Of a stretch of 64,000 bases of DNA, positions 44,941-54,686 are shown one piece after another. Position numbers and translations under genes: made by a program. Every line of letters begins with the position of its first letter. Position 1 is the stretch's first letter. The DNA is from a virus (taxonomy: Duplodnaviria > Caudoviricetes). Under the pieces are notes generated by a model that had not been told where the DNA came from, ran no database searches, and worked only from the letters and a program-made list of their open reading frames with translations. Location of the stretch: IMG/VR virus record IMGVR_UViG_3300029906_000008, positions 1 through 64,000 of that record, one strand, 5' to 3'.

Positions 44941-47019
44941 ATGAGCAGCAGATATGCGCAGATGAGCAAGGAGGAGCAGGACAACCTGCTCTCCGGCTTC
45001 ATGATTGACTCATGGAGTTACTCAAAGGTCGCGAGTTTCGCCCGCAACGAGAAATCCTTTGAGAAGGAGGAGATTTTCGGAGAAAGGGGAAGACGCTCCG
45101 CTGCAAGTGTGGCCGGGAACGCCTACCATGAGGCCCTGAAAGAATACTTCCTGAATCTTAAGGACGGAATAGACACCGGTCTTACCGAGCTGCAGGGAGT
45201 AGCCTACTCCTACATAGACGGCATCCCCGCCAACTGGTGGAAGCTGCAAAAGACCACCCCCACTGTCGAGGCCTGCGTCGTGTCAGCGAACAAGGACGTC
45301 AACGCGCTTCTTATGAACTTCTATAAGGAGAAGGATATATATCTCTGCGGTCTGTCCGAGGTGCTCAATGTGGAGGTCAATGCCGATGCGTGGGTGACTG
45401 TCAACGGAGTGGACATACCGATGCCGTGCCACTCCATTATAGACCTCATCATACGCACTGATGACGGGAGGTGCGTCCTCATAGACCATAAATCTGTAAG
45501 GACGTACACCTCATCGGACGAGGTCGCGCTGACAAGGGGCAAGCAGGGCATCACATACGTGAAGACCGCTGAGACGGTCTTCGGAATCCATGTTGACGAG
45601 GTCAGGTTCATAGAGAACAAGGCCACGGCCAACAAGGACAAATCACCGCAGCTGAGGCAGTTCTCAATAACGATGGATGAGGATACAAGGAGACTGTACG
45701 AGGCCATGCTGTACGAGCCTCTGAGGAGGATGATTCAGGCCGTATCCGACCCTGATTACGTATATATGGTGAACGATTCCGATAGTTTCGCCGACAGGGC
45801 GGAGATATATGACTTCTGGGTCAGGACCATGATATCCGAGGTGGATGACTTCAATGTCCCCGACAACAAGAAGGAGCTTGTGAGCCGCAGGCTGCGCAAA
45901 ATCCGTGACTCATCGCTCGTGGGCATAAGCCCGAGAGTGATTACCGCTTTCAGGAAGAATGCGGCATCCTTCATCAATTATGATTACAGCAATATGGACA
46001 ACAAGGAAAAAATAGAACACGTGCTCAGGACTTTCGGCATAGGCGTGAAAGTGGCTCATGAGCTCTCGGGCTACTCCTCCAACACTTATCTGCTGGAGGT
46101 GTCCGCGGGAGTGAGAATATCCAACATCATAAATTACCGCATGGACATAGCGAACGCCCTCGACGTCCCGTCCGTAAGGATTCTTCCGGAGCTCTCGGTG
46201 TACGACGGCAAGTCCTATCTGGCGATAGAGTCGTCCAAGAAACGCACTGAGTCCCTGCCGTGGGATATAAAATATCTCGAAGGCATGAGGATACCGCTCG
46301 GTGTGGACAACTTCGGCAGGACGGTTGTATGGGATATATTGAACCACTCCACCCCGCACATGCTCATTTGCGGGGCCACGGGGTCGGGAAAGTCCGTCTC
46401 CATTCTCTCCACTGTTGAGTATGCGAGGAGAGCAGGTGTTAAGGACATTGTGATCATGGACCCCAAATACGAGTTCACAAGATACACCTCCCAGCCAGGC
46501 ATGAAGGTGTTCAACGATATCATGGACATAGAGACAGCGATGAAGGATCTCGTCAAGGACATGCAGTCGAGGGCCTCGGGAGGCGGAACGCGTCTGACAC
46601 TCGTTGTGTTCGACGAGTTCGCTGACGCGGTCCAGTCATCCAGGCAGGGCAAGCAGCTTGACATACGCGAGATGAGGCAAGATGGATTCTACGCGAACGG
46701 AATACCGAAGATGAAGGAGGTTGTCGTTGGGCGGGAAAAATCGCTGGAGGAGAACATGAGAATGCTGCTCCAGAAAGGACGCTCACTTGGGTTTCGTGTG
46801 ATAGCCGCAACGCAGAGGGCCTCCGCAAAGGTCATCACCGGGGACGCAAAGGTGAATTTCCCCGTACAGGTCTGCTTCCGTGTGCCCAAGGAGATTGACA
46901 GCAAGGTCGTGCTGGACGAGGCCGGGGCCGAGACGCTGCAAGGTCAGGGAGACGGGCTTGTGCGCTCTCCGGAGTATATGGGTGTGGTCAGGTTTCAGGG
47001 ATTTTATTACAAGGAGTGA
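44941..47019 (+). CDS. PD-(D/E)XK nuclease fused to an FtsK/SpoIIIE ATPase
   Basis: N-terminus 'WSYSKV...GNAYHEAL...IDLI...IDHKS'; C-terminus 'PHMLICGATGSGKS', 'VFDEFAD', 'ATQRAS', 'GAETLQGQGDGL'. Confidence 0.85.
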   Translation: MSSRYAQMSKEEQDNLLSGFMIDSWSYSKVASFARNEKSFEKEEIFGERGRRSAASVAGNAYHEALKEYFLNLKDGIDTGLTELQGVAYSYIDGIPANWWKLQKTTPTVEACVVSANKDVNALLMNFYKEKDIYLCGLSEVLNVEVNADAWVTVNGVDIPMPCHSIIDLIIRTDDGRCVLIDHKSVRTYTSSDEVALTRGKQGITYVKTAETVFGIHVDEVRFIENKATANKDKSPQLRQFSITMDEDTRRLYEAMLYEPLRRMIQAVSDPDYVYMVNDSDSFADRAEIYDFWVRTMISEVDDFNVPDNKKELVSRRLRKIRDSSLVGISPRVITAFRKNAASFINYDYSNMDNKEKIEHVLRTFGIGVKVAHELSGYSSNTYLLEVSAGVRISNIINYRMDIANALDVPSVRILPELSVYDGKSYLAIESSKKRTESLPWDIKYLEGMRIPLGVDNFGRTVVWDILNHSTPHMLICGATGSGKSVSILSTVEYARRAGVKDIVIMDPKYEFTRYTSQPGMKVFNDIMDIETAMKDLVKDMQSRASGGGTRLTLVVFDEFADAVQSSRQGKQLDIREMRQDGFYANGIPKMKEVVVGREKSLEENMRMLLQKGRSLGFRVIAATQRASAKVITGDAKVNFPVQVCFRVPKEIDSKVVLDEAGAETLQGQGDGLVRSPEYMGVVRFQGFYYKE

Positions 47020-47022
47020 GAA

Positions 47023-48012
47023 ATGGGACGTAACAGAAAAGGTCTTAGCTACTTTCCTTTTGATATTGACTTTTTTCAGGACTTAAAGATACGTAAGTTA
47101 ATCAGGTGTCAAGGTGGTAAAGCCGTGACCGTATATGCTCTCCTGCTGTGTTTTATTTACAAGAGTGGGTATTACATCTGGTGGGACGAAGAGTTGCCCT
47201 TCGCTATTTCGGAACAGACGGGGTACGATGAGGCGTATATACGGGAGGTGATTAAGAGCTGCGTGACACTCGGACTATTCTCTCGTGAGCTGTTTGAGAA
47301 TGAGGGAGTGCTTACTTCTCGGGGCATACAAGAGCGGTATGCGGAAATATGTGAATTATCCCGCCGTGTGTATGTTATTGAGCAATTTAACCTGATTTCA
47401 GAGCAGAAAGAGGAGGTTTCCGCGCAGAAAAAGGCTATTTCTGTACAGAAAAACGATATAAATGTACAAAAAACGGCCATTTCTGCTACTAAAAGAAAAG
47501 TAAATAAAACAAAAAAAGAAAACATATCTGATGATATGTCAAAGAAAGCCGCTGACGCGCCTTTCCCCACACCGACAGACATTCCCTTTTCCGATTCCGA
47601 AAGCGGCCTAAAGATCTCAGAGGAAATCCCTCCCCCCGGTTCCGCGCCGCCCCCCTCCCCGCGGATTGACTATTCCGCAATCATGCTGGATTTCAACACG
47701 AGGTTTGCGGGAGTGCTTCCTGCGGTTACGGTTATGACCGAAAAGCGCAAGGCCGCTGTAAGGGCAAGGATTGGGGAGCACGGCATGGACAGCATCGCTA
47801 ATGTCTTTGATAATATCGCGGCGAGTGGATTTCTCAAAGGTCATAACGACCACAACTGGAAAGCGGATTTTGACTGGGTTTTCAGACCCACAAACTACGT
47901 AAAGATTCTTGAAGGCAATTACACCAGTACAAACTATGGACGCGAAAAGCAGCAGAGATTTGGAGCGATTCCGCCGGACGATTTTGCAGGAAAGGGGTCA
48001 ACGAAGCTATGA
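47023..48012 (+). CDS. Replication initiator (DUF4373/Lin1244-like N-terminus)
   Basis: 'GLSYFPFDIDFFQDLKIRKL', 'LTSRGIQERY', C-terminal 'WKADFDWVFRPTNYVKILEGNY'. Confidence 0.85.
   Translation: MGRNRKGLSYFPFDIDFFQDLKIRKLIRCQGGKAVTVYALLLCFIYKSGYYIWWDEELPFAISEQTGYDEAYIREVIKSCVTLGLFSRELFENEGVLTSRGIQERYAEICELSRRVYVIEQFNLISEQKEEVSAQKKAISVQKNDINVQKTAISATKRKVNKTKKENISDDMSKKAADAPFPTPTDIPFSDSESGLKISEEIPPPGSAPPPSPRIDYSAIMLDFNTRFAGVLPAVTVMTEKRKAAVRARIGEHGMDSIANVFDNIAASGFLKGHNDHNWKADFDWVFRPTNYVKILEGNYTSTNYGREKQQRFGAIPPDDFAGKGSTKL
47395..47499 (+). repeat. Five imperfect 21-bp repeats (putative iterons)
   Basis: ATTTCAGAGCAGAAA, GTTTCCGCGCAGAAA, ATTTCTGTACAGAAA etc. at 21-bp spacing, then an A-rich tract. 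Confidence 0.55.
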
Positions 48013-48559
48013 CATCGGGAAGCCTTACGAGGACGTTCTGAGGGTACTGACCGAGGCATACGGTGCTTTAGTGGAGTCCACGGGACACGCTATGCACAGA
48101 GCACCGGAGCATCTTTCCATAGTCGCGAAGTGGCTTTGCGGGCAGGGCCGTTGCGGGCTTCTGCTCTACGGAGGCTACGGCCTCGGCAAGACCACCACTC
48201 TGAGGGCCATCCACTATGCCGTGCGCTTCCTGTCTGGTGGAGGACACGTGTTGCACCACACTGCCAAGCAAGTTCTGTCCATGCCGGAAGAGAATGCCAA
48301 GTCGCTGCGCAGGAGTGGAAACATAGTCATGGTTGACGAGCTGGGACGCGAGCAGAACGAGCGGAGGGACTACGGCAATGTCTCGGAGCCTGTCATAGAG
48401 CTTATCCGGTTCCGCGAGGACAGAGGACTTCCGACAGTCCTTGCGTCAAACCTGCTGGAGCAGGAGTTCGTCTCAAAATATGACCCGTATATCCATGACC
48501 GCCTTTTCGGGAGTTTCAGTAGAATCTTCTTCGAGGGGCAATCATACAGAAAGTTATGA
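47936..48559 (+). CDS. DnaC/IstB-like helicase loader ATPase
   Basis: Walker A 'GGYGLGKTT', 'VDELGRE', 'LASNL'. Confidence 0.85.
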   Translation: MDAKSSRDLERFRRTILQERGQRSYDIGKPYEDVLRVLTEAYGALVESTGHAMHRAPEHLSIVAKWLCGQGRCGLLLYGGYGLGKTTTLRAIHYAVRFLSGGGHVLHHTAKQVLSMPEENAKSLRRSGNIVMVDELGREQNERRDYGNVSEPVIELIRFREDRGLPTVLASNLLEQEFVSKYDPYIHDRLFGSFSRIFFEGQSYRKL

Positions 48560-48723
48560 TACAGCTTACAGACAAACAGGTAGAGGACATAATAAGGACG
48601 CTCAGAAAGGCTTACTCGATTGCGAGCAGTGACAGGTGCCGCAACAGCATACTCAACTCCATGATGCGGGTTGTGTCCATGCTGGAGAGGAAAAGGAGGA
48701 GGCATGGCAAGAAAAAAGCCTGA
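48556..48723 (+). CDS. Small basic hypothetical protein
   Basis: Manual translation MIQLTDKQVEDIIRTLRKAYS..., overlapping start/stop. Confidence 0.45.
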   Translation: MIQLTDKQVEDIIRTLRKAYSIASSDRCRNSILNSMMRVVSMLERKRRRHGKKKA

Positions 48724-48886
48724 ACTGCCCGCCTATGTGTGCGGCGACTGCGCCCACCTTGTCCCCGACATGGAGTACCTGTCCGTCAAGGAGCGCAGGC
48801 CGATACTGGGCAGGTGCTCTTTCAGCAAGTATATGAAACTGCTATCCGAGAACGGATGCGAGAATTTCAAACAGAAACAGCAATGA
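48704..48886 (+). CDS. Small Cys-rich protein
   Basis: CGDC...C...C pattern; likely start MARKK. Confidence 0.5.
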   Translation: MARKKPELPAYVCGDCAHLVPDMEYLSVKERRPILGRCSFSKYMKLLSENGCENFKQKQQ

Positions 48887-49560
48887 AAAAATACAATTTC
48901 AACGAAAAGGAGTTGTTTGACTTGTTCGTGAACAAGGATGATGCAGCAATGCCGATAACAACTCTGAAACCCTACCGCAGGGACGGATGCGTCTATGGCA
49001 CAGACGGCAAGAAACTGATAAGAGTCAAGGATAGTGTCATTAGCGGAGAGTACGAGGCCACCGATAAGATGGCTCTCAAATGGCCGGAAAATAACTGCGA
49101 TTACTCCATTACCGACAATGACATACGTGAAGTCCTTTCAAAGATTCCGCAGGAGGAGGAGATAAAGACTGTTGGCCACGACATCAAGTGTCCCGAGTGT
49201 GACGGTGAGGGAACGGTCTGGTGGGAATACAAGGACAAAAAATTTGAAACCCACGAGGCGGAGCACGACTGTCCAATCTGCGACGGCAGCGGGTATATCA
49301 AGAAGGCTAAGAAAAGGAAGACAGGCTGGATGATACCAAGCCCGATACAAATCATAAAAGTCGGTAAAAACAATATCCTGTCCTGCCATCTCCAGACCCT
49401 GCTTGATGCAATGAATATTATCAGGGTGTCAGAGGTTGGACTGGTATGTCAGACGAAAGTTTTCAATCACTTCAAGATTGACGACAATATCTCCATAATG
49501 TTTATTTCCAATTCACTTGCTGCGGATTATGAGATGCCGCTGAGCGGGTATAAGGATTAG
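48883..49560 (+). CDS. Hypothetical protein with an inserted DnaJ-type zinc finger
   Basis: CPECDGEG and CPICDGSG; start ATG 48883. Confidence 0.6.
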   Translation: MKKYNFNEKELFDLFVNKDDAAMPITTLKPYRRDGCVYGTDGKKLIRVKDSVISGEYEATDKMALKWPENNCDYSITDNDIREVLSKIPQEEEIKTVGHDIKCPECDGEGTVWWEYKDKKFETHEAEHDCPICDGSGYIKKAKKRKTGWMIPSPIQIIKVGKNNILSCHLQTLLDAMNIIRVSEVGLVCQTKVFNHFKIDDNISIMFISNSLAADYEMPLSGYKD

Positions 49561-49744
49561 AGAGAAAGACCTGAAAAGCCATGGTAAATACAATAACATT
49601 TGACATCATGCTCGGCGGAAGGTTCGTATGCACAATGCGTATGCCCTTCTGCCCGCTGTTTCCCCTCACCACTGAGGAGATACAGAGTTTCGTGGAGAGC
49701 AAAAGACCCTCGCTGAGAGGAAAGGATTACAAGATAGCATTCTG

Positions 49745-51337
49745 ATGAAGATAAGAATATTCGAGGCATTCGCAGGGTACGGCAGTCAGTCGCTCGCTTT
49801 GGAGCGGCTCAAAAGACACTTCCCCGAGTTCGATTATGAAGTGGTAGGCATATCGGAGATAGACAAGTATGCCGTCACTGCATACAACGCGCTGCACGGG
49901 GACGTGCCCAATTATGGCGATATAAGCATGATTGACTGGAATGAAGTGCCGGACTTCGACCTGTTCACTTACTCGTTTCCATGCACGAATTTGAGCAATG
50001 CGGGTAAGCAGGAGGGATGCGAGGAAGGCAGCGGAACAGCAAGTTCACTGCTGTGGGAGTGCAGGAAAGCGATTGCGGCCAAACGCCCGAGGTATCTGCT
50101 GATGGAGAACGTTAAGGCGTTGGTATCCCAGAAGTTCCTGCCCTATTTTCTTAAATGGCAGAGCGAGCTGGCGTCATACGGCTATTCCAACTTCGCAAGA
50201 GTTCTCAATGCTAAGGATTTTGGAGTTCCCCAAAACAGAGAGCGCATCTTCATGGTCAGTATTCTTGACAGACAAGCCACATATCACTTTCCCGAGCCGT
50301 TCCCGCTTGACAGGAGAATCAAGGACATCCTGGAGGAGGATGTGGACGAGAGGTATTTCCTGTCCGAGAAACTTACGAAGACAGTTCTCAGTGATGGGAA
50401 AAATGGATTTCCAGGAGGTACGGAAGTGCGCACGGAGAATGACGACACGGCTCCGACCATAAATGCCACGTGCTACAAGATTCAGCGGAGCAACTGCTTT
50501 ATCAAATACCCGTCTGACAAGACTATCTGTATCAACTCAAAGGTTGACGGGAAGCAGCCGTCTTTGGAGCACAGAGTGTATGACTGTGAGGGAATTTCCA
50601 CGGCGATAACCACGGGATTCATGCCGAGTGTGCTTGTCTCTGATGGCGGGAGATATGGAAACAAACGCATAAACAGCCTTATTAAAAGTGGCAAGATACC
50701 CGTTGATGAGGTTGCTTTTTTGGATATATATAATCAAAGCGTTCATACTGACGTAACAGGCACAATAACAACCGGTGTAGATTATAGGAATCATAGTTTT
50801 ATTTCTATGCCACAAATTCTTACTCCGAAAAGAAACGAATATGGTAAGTCTGTCCGCAAGGAGTATGAAAGCGGAAAGCTGGACGAGAGCAGGCACAAGA
50901 TGACTGATTTAGAGCCTAAAATTGTCATAGGCTCCGCCCGGAAAAACGCCTATGTCGGCAGTGTGGACGGCCCGTCACCTTGCATCATTGCGGCCTGCGG
51001 CATGGGAGGAGGGCAGACACCGATGATAGTGCAGATGGCGCGGGGATTTAATAAAGGTGGATTACATGAAGTATCTCCGACTATATCGGCCAACAGTTGG
51101 GAGTGCAATAATTTCCTTAAAGAAGACTTTAAAATTCGCAAGCTTACGCCAAGAGAATGTCTGAGATTGATGGATGTGGATGACGCCGATATAGATAAAA
51201 TGTTCTGTGCGGGCTTGAGCAACACTCAGTTATATAAAATGGCCGGAAACAGCATCGTAGTCAACGTGCTGTACCACATCTTCCGTAAGATGTTCGTGGA
51301 AAAGGAGAACGAGAACGATCAATTAACAATATTCTGA
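49745..51337 (+). CDS. C5 cytosine DNA methyltransferase with a long variable region
   Basis: 'FAGYG', 'SFPC', 'MENV', 'QNRER', 'LTPREC.RLM', 'AGNSIVV'. Confidence 0.95.
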   Translation: MKIRIFEAFAGYGSQSLALERLKRHFPEFDYEVVGISEIDKYAVTAYNALHGDVPNYGDISMIDWNEVPDFDLFTYSFPCTNLSNAGKQEGCEEGSGTASSLLWECRKAIAAKRPRYLLMENVKALVSQKFLPYFLKWQSELASYGYSNFARVLNAKDFGVPQNRERIFMVSILDRQATYHFPEPFPLDRRIKDILEEDVDERYFLSEKLTKTVLSDGKNGFPGGTEVRTENDDTAPTINATCYKIQRSNCFIKYPSDKTICINSKVDGKQPSLEHRVYDCEGISTAITTGFMPSVLVSDGGRYGNKRINSLIKSGKIPVDEVAFLDIYNQSVHTDVTGTITTGVDYRNHSFISMPQILTPKRNEYGKSVRKEYESGKLDESRHKMTDLEPKIVIGSARKNAYVGSVDGPSPCIIAACGMGGGQTPMIVQMARGFNKGGLHEVSPTISANSWECNNFLKEDFKIRKLTPRECLRLMDVDDADIDKMFCAGLSNTQLYKMAGNSIVVNVLYHIFRKMFVEKENENDQLTIF

Positions 51338-51498
51338 TATGACAACGAGAAAACAAACCCCTCCCCTGCTCACCGCAGGCCAGTTGAAGGAACTGTTGAA
51401 TGACGTGTTCCTCGACTGCATCGTGCACATATCCGGCAGCGGAGCGGTGAGGGAGATAGAAATCAAGAACGGAAAGTTATACATCAAAGGATACAGCA

Positions 51499-51771
51499 AT
51501 GGAAAACGCAAGTGACACAAAGACCTGTCCCAAGTGCGGCAGGACACTGACGGCTGACCACTTCTACCGCAGGGGTGACGGAAGTCTCTACACCTACTGC
51601 AAGGAATGCGTAAAGGCCAACAACAGGAAGTATAGAAATACCCCCCCCGATTCGGAAAACCCGCTGTCGACATTCACTCCCCGGCAGCTCATGCAGGAGC
51701 TTGTCCGTAGGGGATACACGGGTAAACTGAAACTGGTAACGATTAATGAAATTGACTTGAACAAATTATAG
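51499..51771 (+). CDS. Zinc-ribbon protein
   Basis: CPKC...YCKEC. Confidence 0.6.
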   Translation: MENASDTKTCPKCGRTLTADHFYRRGDGSLYTYCKECVKANNRKYRNTPPDSENPLSTFTPRQLMQELVRRGYTGKLKLVTINEIDLNKL

Positions 51772-51781
51772 TATTGACAAT

Positions 51782-52573
51782 ATGAAAGGATTTAAAGGTT
51801 TTGACAAGGATTTGAAATGCAGGGACTTGCAGTACAAAGTCGGTGAAGAGACCAAGATTGACGGAGATATAAAATTGTGCAGAAGCGGCCTTCATTTCTG
51901 CGAGAATCCCCATGATGTGTTTAGATACTACTCGTCCGGAGAAAAGCACCGTTTTGCGGTAGTGGAGGCTGAGGACGTGTCTGACGAGAAAAATGATAAG
52001 GATTCCAAACGTGTGTGCAAGAGACTTACGGTGAAAGCGGAGATTTCCGTATTTGAGATATGCAGGATAGCGGTCAGCACTTTCTTCGAGAACTTCGGGT
52101 TTAAGAAGAAGGTAGAGTCGGCTGATACAAATAATGCAGGAGACTACGGAGCGGCACAGGCAGGAGACTGCGGAGCGGCACAGGCAGGAGACTACGGAAC
52201 GGCACGGGCAGGAGACTACGGAGCGGCACAGGCAGGAGACTGCGGAGCGGCACAGGCAGGAGACTGCGGAGCGGCACAGGCAGGATACTGCGGAGCGGCA
52301 CAGGCAGGAGACTACGGAACGGCACGGGCAGGAAACTGCGGAGCGGCAATCACAAGTAATAACGGTAGGGTAAAAGGCGGCTATGGATGTATACTTGTGG
52401 TACGCAACACAGAATATTCAGCCGATACCGGGCGATATGAGGTGGCTGACTGGGCTTGCGCCATAGTAGATGATAAGGAGGTAAAGAGTGACACATGGTA
52501 TGAACTCTCAAACGGAAAACTTGTTGAATCAAAAGACCAGAGCGATGATACTGACAAAGAAACAACTGCGTAG
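51782..52573 (+). CDS. Phage protein with an octapeptide repeat tract
   Basis: 'KGFKGFDKDLKCR...GLHFCENP' N-terminal domain and nine AGD(Y/C)GAAQ repeats. Confidence 0.8.
   Translation: MKGFKGFDKDLKCRDLQYKVGEETKIDGDIKLCRSGLHFCENPHDVFRYYSSGEKHRFAVVEAEDVSDEKNDKDSKRVCKRLTVKAEISVFEICRIAVSTFFENFGFKKKVESADTNNAGDYGAAQAGDCGAAQAGDYGTARAGDYGAAQAGDCGAAQAGDCGAAQAGYCGAAQAGDYGTARAGNCGAAITSNNGRVKGGYGCILVVRNTEYSADTGRYEVADWACAIVDDKEVKSDTWYELSNGKLVESKDQSDDTDKETTA
52136..52351 (+). repeat. Nine 24-bp tandem coding repeats
   Basis: GCAGGAGAC(T/C)..GGAGCGGCACAG units, no spacers. Confidence 0.9.
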
Positions 52574-52766
52574 GCGCATAGAGCAGAGCGCGATACCCGC
52601 AAGGCTGCACAGCATAGCCTTTGCGGAGATAACCAAACATAGGAGACTGATGTGGGAGACGGAGTTCATCAAGGCCGATGTGGCGTACAGGGATGCCGCA
52701 AAGGACTATAAGGCCCGCATGTCCCGCACTGATACAATAACCCACAACGAGGAGCACGCAATATGA
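52545..52766 (+). CDS. Hypothetical protein
   Basis: Likely start ATG 52545 (MILTKK). Confidence 0.5.
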   Translation: MILTKKQLRRRIEQSAIPARLHSIAFAEITKHRRLMWETEFIKADVAYRDAAKDYKARMSRTDTITHNEEHAI

Positions 52767-53249
52767 AAACAGATTTCAATACAAAACTCTCCGGCCTCTT
52801 GCGGCTGCTGCTCCCTCTCTCCACCTCGGAGAGGGTGATGGAGATGCTGTATGACGATTCTGTGTCTGCGGAGAAAGTCAAGGAGTACGTAATAAAGTCA
52901 AGTAGTAAAAGTCAAGGAGTACGTGATGAACAGCCTGCATGACCTTATAACCGGGCGGCTCTCCGAGGACGAGGGGATTCTGCTCTCAAAGCGGCTGCTC
53001 CTGCTGTTCCTGCTCTCGCAGATGCAGGAGGATGTATGTGCGGATATAGAGCGGTCTCTGAAAGGCAGGAGCGTGTACCGCTTCACAATAAAGCACAACC
53101 ACGAGAAGATAAAGCGGATGATCCGGAGCAACTACAACGACTTCTACCGCAACTTCTCCCCTCAGCAGACGGATATGTTCTGTGAGGATGCGGACGGACT
53201 GACACGGATTGTCAACGAATATATGGGAATTAATGACAAAATCTTATGA
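52763..53249 (+). pseudogene. Gene split by a 34-bp duplication/insertion
   Basis: 17-bp direct repeat at 52874 and 52908; removing 34 bp gives one 150-aa ORF. Confidence 0.55.
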
Positions 53250-53364
53250 AAGAATATGAGATAATCATCAAGGTCTCCTATGACCAGTTCGGGGAGCGGT
53301 CGCTCTCCTTTGTCTCCCCCGCCGATGCAGAGGAGGGGGATAATAAAAGACATCATCAATATGC

Positions 53365-53760
53365 TTGAGTCACACTGCCATGATTGAAAGGGAGGTAGGT
53401 GATACGTTCTGCATCAACGGAGTGGACTTCATCGTAGAGCCGTCCCATCGCTGTGACGGATGCGAGTTCAAGGATGTGGACTGCTCGCAGATTGCTGATG
53501 TGCTCGGAAGATGCAAGGCCCGCAGGAGGAAGGACGGATGCGATGTGGTGTTTGCCCGAAAACCTGCACCCGATAATGCGAAAATGGATATGGTAGAATT
53601 CAAGCGCATTATATCCGATGCTATGTTCCGCCTTTCCGAGAGCATGGGTATGGGTGTGGAACTGCGCTGCCATGTGGATACAAGGCCGTCCATGGGTGAA
53701 AGGAAATTCGGATTGTACAACTTTTATGTGAAAATAGGCAATGAAGACAAGGGGAAATGA
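53365..53760 (+). CDS. Cys-containing hypothetical protein
   Basis: 'CDGCEF..CS...LGRC...RKDG.DVVF' phage pattern. Confidence 0.55.
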   Translation: MSHTAMIEREVGDTFCINGVDFIVEPSHRCDGCEFKDVDCSQIADVLGRCKARRRKDGCDVVFARKPAPDNAKMDMVEFKRIISDAMFRLSESMGMGVELRCHVDTRPSMGERKFGLYNFYVKIGNEDKGK

Positions 53761-53895
53761 CAAATGCTGCGGAGGTTGCGTCCACTTCCATAACGAGGAT
53801 ATTGAGGGACGCGGGTGGTGCTACAAGAGGAACACCGCGAGGCACTGCTCGGATTTATGCGGACACTTTGAAACATCAAATAAAAACAAAACGAT

Positions 53896-54684
53896 ATGAA
53901 CATTTTGGAAATTATCAAGAAAGCACCGGAAGACCACGTGTATTATAGTCCCCTTATTGGGGAATGCCATGTGGATATTATTAAGTGTAAAGATTATCCA
54001 ATAATAGCCACAAGAATGAATAATGAGATGTCGGTCTCTTTTTCGGAGAATGGCAAGTATGTCATCGATTCGGAGATTCCCGAAGGAGAGTGTGTCCTCT
54101 TCCCCTCCCGCGACAACCGCGACTGGGAGGCGTTCGAGAGGGAATTGATGGGAATCATGGAGGGAAGGCAATACGTGTTGAGAAGAGTATTCGGAAAAGA
54201 GGAGTTGCCGCTATCTACTGAGATTGAGTTCGAGGGAGGCAGTCAAGCAGTATTTGACAGGTTTTGTGGTATCTCTGGAATCAATCTTGACCACGAGTAC
54301 TACAAGAATCATCCCTATATCGATTTTGAGATAGATGGGAAGGAGTACAAAGTCTCCATAGAAGATATAAAAAGACTTGTTCCGAGTGATGTGAAGGATG
54401 TGAAGGAGCGTTTCCGCATTGTTGAAAAAGGAGATGATAAGTATAACATCAACATAGAAGACCAGGAGAAAAATGTCAGCGGCAAAAGTTTTTTCGACAA
54501 TACCTTTGACGGGACGGCTGAGATAGTCAGTATCCCCGACCGCCCTATGATGGCCGCAGTGATAATGTCCGGTATGCTGGCGTGCGGAGGCATGGAGCAT
54601 AATGACCCCACACTTGCAAACAGAGCAGTCCGTCTTGCGAATATGATTCTTGAAGAGACAGAGGATAAAACTAAGGAGGAATAA
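53896..54684 (+). CDS. Hypothetical protein
   Basis: 'YYSPLIGEC...GECVLFPSRDNRDWEAF' Bacteroidota phage pattern. Confidence 0.65.
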   Translation: MNILEIIKKAPEDHVYYSPLIGECHVDIIKCKDYPIIATRMNNEMSVSFSENGKYVIDSEIPEGECVLFPSRDNRDWEAFERELMGIMEGRQYVLRRVFGKEELPLSTEIEFEGGSQAVFDRFCGISGINLDHEYYKNHPYIDFEIDGKEYKVSIEDIKRLVPSDVKDVKERFRIVEKGDDKYNINIEDQEKNVSGKSFFDNTFDGTAEIVSIPDRPMMAAVIMSGMLACGGMEHNDPTLANRAVRLANMILEETEDKTKEE

Positions 54685-54686
54685 AT

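Noticed and set aside
44941-47019. Host chromosomal ftsK marking a prophage boundary
   Set aside because: No membrane domain, fused to a nuclease, and embedded in a phage operon
52136-52351. Possible CRISPR array
   Set aside because: Repeats are contiguous with no spacers and are in-frame coding repeats
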